Below, in pieces: positions 50,163 to 53,593 of a stretch of DNA of 53,593 nucleotides; the stretch's first letter is position 1; each line of letters starts with the position of its first letter. The notes below the pieces were generated by a model. That model saw only the letters and a list, made by a program, of their open reading frames with translations. It made no database searches and had not been told where the DNA came from. The stretch lies in the IMG/VR virus record IMGVR_UViG_3300023108_000037, positions 1-53,593 of that record. One strand, 5' to 3'. The stretch comes from a virus (Duplodnaviria; Caudoviricetes). The position numbers and the translations under genes are program-made.

Positions 50163-50926
50163 CAGATAACCCTCATCTTTTCGTGACCGACACGAATGCG
50201 TGGGTCACACCAGATTTCATATCCTGCATCGATGGCATCGAGACAGAAAGATACGTCCTCACCACACATGTCCTGAACTTCACCAGAGTTGAAGCGTTGC
50301 ATCTTAGGTGCGAACCAGGGATACTCCATCTTCTCATTCTCAAACACACCGTGCTTGATCAGAACCCAACCAAAACCAGTGTAGTCAACAGTGAAAGGTT
50401 TACGACGCTTGGACATCGTATCACCAGTTTCGTGGTTCATGACACCACCATTGTTCTTGAAGTCATCTTCTTCAAGCCAGTGAGCAACGGAAGAAGTGCT
50501 ACCGTCTTCGGTCAGATACCAACCACAGGCAATCTCTTTCTCCATCAGAACCAACTGATAGAACTTGTCAGTATTGAAGACGATATCAGAGTCAATCCAG
50601 AGTTGATAATCATACTTCAGTTTCCCATCCCAGGGAATCTGATTGGGACCACGCAGAACGTTTGCACCGAGGCACTTGCAACGGGCAAAGTTCACCATGG
50701 AACTGTAATCTTGTGAAATTTGAATTTGAGCACCAGCACCGACCAAATCAAAACACATCTGAGTGAATGATTTCAAGAATGCGAAAGAGCAACCACGACC
50801 AGGCATACAGAAGACAATTGACTTGCCCCTGATCATTTCTTTTGCCTTGTCGTAATCCCACTCTCCACCTTGTTGTGCAGCAGGTCGTTCTGGGGCTTTT
50901 GCTTTAACAGTGAATCCTTTAGCCAT
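50162..50926 (-). CDS. GT-A fold glycosyltransferase-like protein
   Basis: 254 aa; DxD motif WIDSDIVF, TGFGWVLI, GEDVSFC and C-terminal VGH motifs typical of GT2-like folds. Confidence 0.75.
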   Translation of the reverse strand: MAKGFTVKAKAPERPAAQQGGEWDYDKAKEMIRGKSIVFCMPGRGCSFAFLKSFTQMCFDLVGAGAQIQISQDYSSMVNFARCKCLGANVLRGPNQIPWDGKLKYDYQLWIDSDIVFNTDKFYQLVLMEKEIACGWYLTEDGSTSSVAHWLEEDDFKNNGGVMNHETGDTMSKRRKPFTVDYTGFGWVLIKHGVFENEKMEYPWFAPKMQRFNSGEVQDMCGEDVSFCLDAIDAGYEIWCDPRIRVGHEKMRVI

Positions 50927-50973
50927 AACCTAGAAAATCTACATCAGTATTCTAACAAAGTATATATCGTTTG

Positions 50974-51645
50974 TCAAACGAACCATTTAGTATCATAAGT
51001 TGAGTCTACACAACCATATTGACCAGTCGGTACAAAATTAAATGCCAACGAGTAACGAGGTTTTTTGCCACGGTGTAATCCGACACGATGCTGCAAATAA
51101 GCAGGAAAAAATACAACCTGACCGTGCTTCGGACGATACCAACTAGAACCAGCGGTATACTCATTGTCATTTACTACGGGATGAATAAAGAAACTTCCAA
51201 GATGATCGAGTGGAGAGAAGAAACCTAAATCTCCTCCGTCTTCCTCATAGTCATCAAAGTAAAGAACTCCAGCATAGTAGCAGTTCTTATGAAAGTGTCT
51301 TTCAGAAAATCCACCAGGAAGCGTCTTCGTAATCCATGAGGTGGTGATACGAAACTCCTCCTCATACCGAAAGAAGTCTTCAGTAATCTGATTGAATCTA
51401 AACTCAATCTCTTTCTTTACTTCTGGATAGAACTCTAAAATCCTGTGATTGATAGTCGCATAAGATTTTGCGACATGACCAATCTCTTCACGATATGAGT
51501 TATCTTCTGTATAGAATTCTGGGAATGATTCGTTGTCAATATAATTGTACTTTTCGGGTTCAATCAAAGAGCACAGTTCATCCTTTACATCTGAAACAAA
51601 CAGATTTGAAGGAAATAACGGTACTGCATCATAAGTTTTGTTCAT
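50974..51645 (-). CDS. 2OG-Fe(II) oxygenase (TIGR02466-like)
   Basis: LFP start, SW....PGG....HFH, AGVLY, FPAYL.H.V and RYSLAFN motifs; ATG at 51645 preferred. Confidence 0.85.
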   Translation of the reverse strand: MNKTYDAVPLFPSNLFVSDVKDELCSLIEPEKYNYIDNESFPEFYTEDNSYREEIGHVAKSYATINHRILEFYPEVKKEIEFRFNQITEDFFRYEEEFRITTSWITKTLPGGFSERHFHKNCYYAGVLYFDDYEEDGGDLGFFSPLDHLGSFFIHPVVNDNEYTAGSSWYRPKHGQVVFFPAYLQHRVGLHRGKKPRYSLAFNFVPTGQYGCVDSTYDTKWFV

Positions 51646-51817
51646 AAAGTAATCTTGCCTCCTCGACAATCATATCGACATGTTCGTCAATGTTATCTTC
51701 ATTGAGCGTAGAAAAAATTTCATCGAGTCTATCCATAGAGATATACCCAATACTATTATAACCTCTTTCAATTGTAATAGCTTCGGCACGTTCTAATGCC
51801 TGCATTGAATAGTCCAT
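51629..51817 (-). CDS. Hypothetical protein, ~62 aa
   Basis: ORF fills the gap; ATG at 51817 just after the upstream stop. Confidence 0.6.
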   Translation of the reverse strand: MDYSMQALERAEAITIERGYNSIGYISMDRLDEIFSTLNEDNIDEHVDMIVEEARLLYEQNL

Positions 51818-51822
51818 AAAAT

Positions 51823-52563
51823 TTACTGAAAGATTTCTTCCCACCAAAAGGTGCTTACGCCATATTCATAGTTAGTTCCAGTCGAAGCCACTGCTCTGTT
51901 CAGTCTATAAGTGTTGGCACTATTGCCATTGGCACCAAACATGATTGTATATGTTCTTTCATCGGTGCTATTTGGTTTGTCAACGTAAACAAAATTACTC
52001 ATTCTAGGAGTGCTAGAATCATCAGCATCGTAGAAATCACTAATGTAATGATTGTATTCTACAAGACCTTCTGCTGCATTCCGATTATATCCTTCATATC
52101 CAGTACGTCGGATAATGGTAGGAACCATATTACCACTCTCATCTTCAATTAACTCGGCAATCTTAAATCCAGTATTATGAGTATTTGGTTCACCAAATAT
52201 ATTCCAATGAATGACAATTAGACTATTTGTAAAATATGGAGTAATCGTTGCTCTTACAGGACTAATCTCTACAAAGTATTGTCCAAAAACGGTATCATCC
52301 GATGACCAGTTAACACCATTTGATGCTGCCGCTGTATAAGTGAAGTAACCATTTGTCATGCCATCTGCACGACCATAACCCCTTTGAACTACTTGACCTG
52401 TACGATAGTCAGATGCTTGAATACCAGCGTTAGGATCAGGTTTTCTTTGATATCTGGCTTCTACCTCATCCTTACTATAGACATCGGAGATTTGACCAGT
52501 TACTACTAGATTACCTTCGACCGTACTGAACTTACTATCTGTAATACCAGATTCTATTTTCAT
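51823..52563 (-). CDS. Fibre-tip-like beta-sandwich protein, 246 aa
   Basis: GQVVQ, ATITP...NS.I.I, D.PNST...TY and terminal S....EI pattern seen in cyanophage fibre-associated domains. Confidence 0.7.
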   Translation of the reverse strand: MKIESGITDSKFSTVEGNLVVTGQISDVYSKDEVEARYQRKPDPNAGIQASDYRTGQVVQRGYGRADGMTNGYFTYTAAASNGVNWSSDDTVFGQYFVEISPVRATITPYFTNSLIVIHWNIFGEPNTHNTGFKIAELIEDESGNMVPTIIRRTGYEGYNRNAAEGLVEYNHYISDFYDADDSSTPRMSNFVYVDKPNSTDERTYTIMFGANGNSANTYRLNRAVASTGTNYEYGVSTFWWEEIFQ

Positions 52564-52733
52564 GACTTTCTCAGAATTAAGCAGTTGTCTTCTTCGTCAA
52601 TAATCCATTCTAAATCATCCCCTTCTTCCCATCCGAGATCTAAAATCATCCACTCGGGAATTACAATCATAGGATCCCCAGTTACAGGATCGACCTCTAC
52701 GGGTACAATTTCATGCCCATAATTTTTGTCCAT
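52560..52733 (-). CDS. AbrB/SpoVT-like small protein
   Basis: IVIPEWMILDLGWEEGDDLEWIID....LILRK matches the swapped-hairpin pattern; ATG at 52733 with GAGG SD. Confidence 0.7.
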   Translation of the reverse strand: MDKNYGHEIVPVEVDPVTGDPMIVIPEWMILDLGWEEGDDLEWIIDEEDNCLILRKS

Positions 52734-52938
52734 ATAGTTGATCCTCACACTGTTTTTATATATGGGAAAAAAATTTTGAAAACAAGTGAAATCGTTATAG
52801 CGATCTCGAATTGGGTCGTTTATAGCTTAGGAGGACCCATTAAATTATAAACCCCCATCGCAGGCACGAACGGCACAACGAAGGGGGCATAATACTGGCG
52901 AGACACTGATAAGAACTGCCAACGGATTCACTGCCCTC

Positions 52939-52967
52939 ATTATAACATAAGGACTGCCAGTTGTCAA
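52939..52967 (-). promoter_or_regulatory. Consensus sigma70 (early) promoter
   Basis: TTGACA (52962-52967), 17 bp, TATAAT (52939-52944): perfect consensus. Confidence 0.9.
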
Positions 52968-52974
52968 CACTTAG

Positions 52975-53118
52975 TCACGCATAATACCTGACAGCTAACT
53001 GCTCATATTGGTCCTGCTGTGTATACTCATCGTCCTGCCAGTAGTCATCAACAACCTCACCCAAATCATAGGACTCGATGACACTCTCATAGTCGTCGTA
53101 AGTATACTCGTCCCCCAT
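52975..53118 (-). CDS. 47-aa highly acidic, Tyr-rich peptide (not in ORF track)
   Basis: Manual translation MGDEYTYDDYESVIESYDLGEVVDDYWQDDEYTQQDQYEQLAVRYYA; promoter directly upstream. Confidence 0.65.
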   Translation of the reverse strand: MGDEYTYDDYESVIESYDLGEVVDDYWQDDEYTQQDQYEQLAVRYYA

Positions 53119-53146
53119 AAGAACTGCCCCTGAGTAACACTAACGT

Positions 53147-53176
53147 ATTATACCATATTTATCAGAAGACTGCCAA
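53147..53176 (-). promoter_or_regulatory. Sigma70 extended -10 promoter with nested late-type TAAATA
   Basis: TTGGCA, 18 bp, TATAAT with TGn extension; TAAATA at 53156-53161 inside the spacer. Confidence 0.65.
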
Positions 53177-53212
53177 ATTATCGGGGTTTTCTGATATTTC
53201 TGGTCCTGGGGG

Positions 53213-53241
53213 TTGACAACACTCGCTCTTCATAGTACACT
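53213..53241 (+). promoter_or_regulatory. Divergent sigma70 promoter
   Basis: TTGACA (53213-53218), 17 bp, TACACT (53236-53241). Confidence 0.6.
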
Positions 53242-53308
53242 CACTAAACTCACAACAACCCCGCACATTATCAAACATTAAAGTATATTTAATTAAACCT
53301 TTTTTAAT

Positions 53309-53452
53309 AGTGGAAAAATATACCAAACCTGTTATTTATTTGTGTTTCTGAAGAGGTCAAATTACATCACATCCCTGTCTACAACTGGATGCGGAGTTTT
53401 ACATACTTTTTCCACAACTCCTGTGGAAAACTATCAATTAACCTGTGGAGAA
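53309..53452. promoter_or_regulatory. Cluster of cyanobacterial-type DnaA boxes
   Basis: TTTTCCACA at 53408-53416 (+) and 53422-53430 (-); one-mismatch copies at 53444-53452 and 53309-53317 (both -). Confidence 0.55.
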
Positions 53453-53593
53453 AACATACACTTTTACCCCCAAATTACTTCGTTATTTCTCTAATTTTGT
53501 GCAAGTCCTCTGGGAATATCACGACCCGACATTGACAGGACTTATGTAACAAGTCCTCCTGGACGGTTTCTGATATACAGAGAGAAATGTATG

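Larger units (their letters stand above)
52909..53174. repeat. Dispersed ACTGCC/GGCAGT boxes around two promoters
   Basis: ACTGCC at 52915, 52930, 52953, 53123, 53169; 12-mer ATAAGAACTGCC at 52909 and 53117. Confidence 0.75.

Noticed and set aside
52909-53174. CRISPR-like mini-array
   Set aside because: Repeats are only 6-12 bp and irregularly spaced; no cas genes.

Overview
A 53.6 kb segment of a T4-like cyanophage (Kyanoviridae-type myovirus), almost all coding on the minus strand. In transcription order: a ~0.85 kb mostly non-coding control/origin-like region; small accessory genes (AbrB-like, fibre-like domain, 2OG-Fe(II) oxygenase, GT-A glycosyltransferase-like); then the morphogenesis module gp25-gp6-gp7 (4522 aa)-gp8-VrlC-like-fibre (1679 aa)-gp13-gp14-gp15-gp16-[3 inserted genes]-gp17-gp18-gp19-gp20-gp21-gp22-gp23-gp3-uvsY-uvsW (partial). 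T4-type late promoters (TAAATA) punctuate the module. I saw no tRNA, rRNA, CRISPR array, intron or mobile element. Best candidates for new biology: (1) a G-[IVLFM]-[GSTA]-[ST] motif scattered through external virion proteins, next to a glycosyltransferase-like gene (possible virion-wide O-glycosylation sequon); (2) a riboregulated cassette after gp23 (anti-SD leader, twin-Cx3C peptide, 3' small RNA resembling the Yfr1-pairing end of Yfr2); (3) cyanobacterial-type DnaA boxes, an AT-rich tract, GGCAGT boxes and a structured leader RNA in the non-coding region; (4) a putative capsid-packaged polyprotein cut by the prohead protease. All gene calls come from by-eye motif and synteny recognition; no searches were run.
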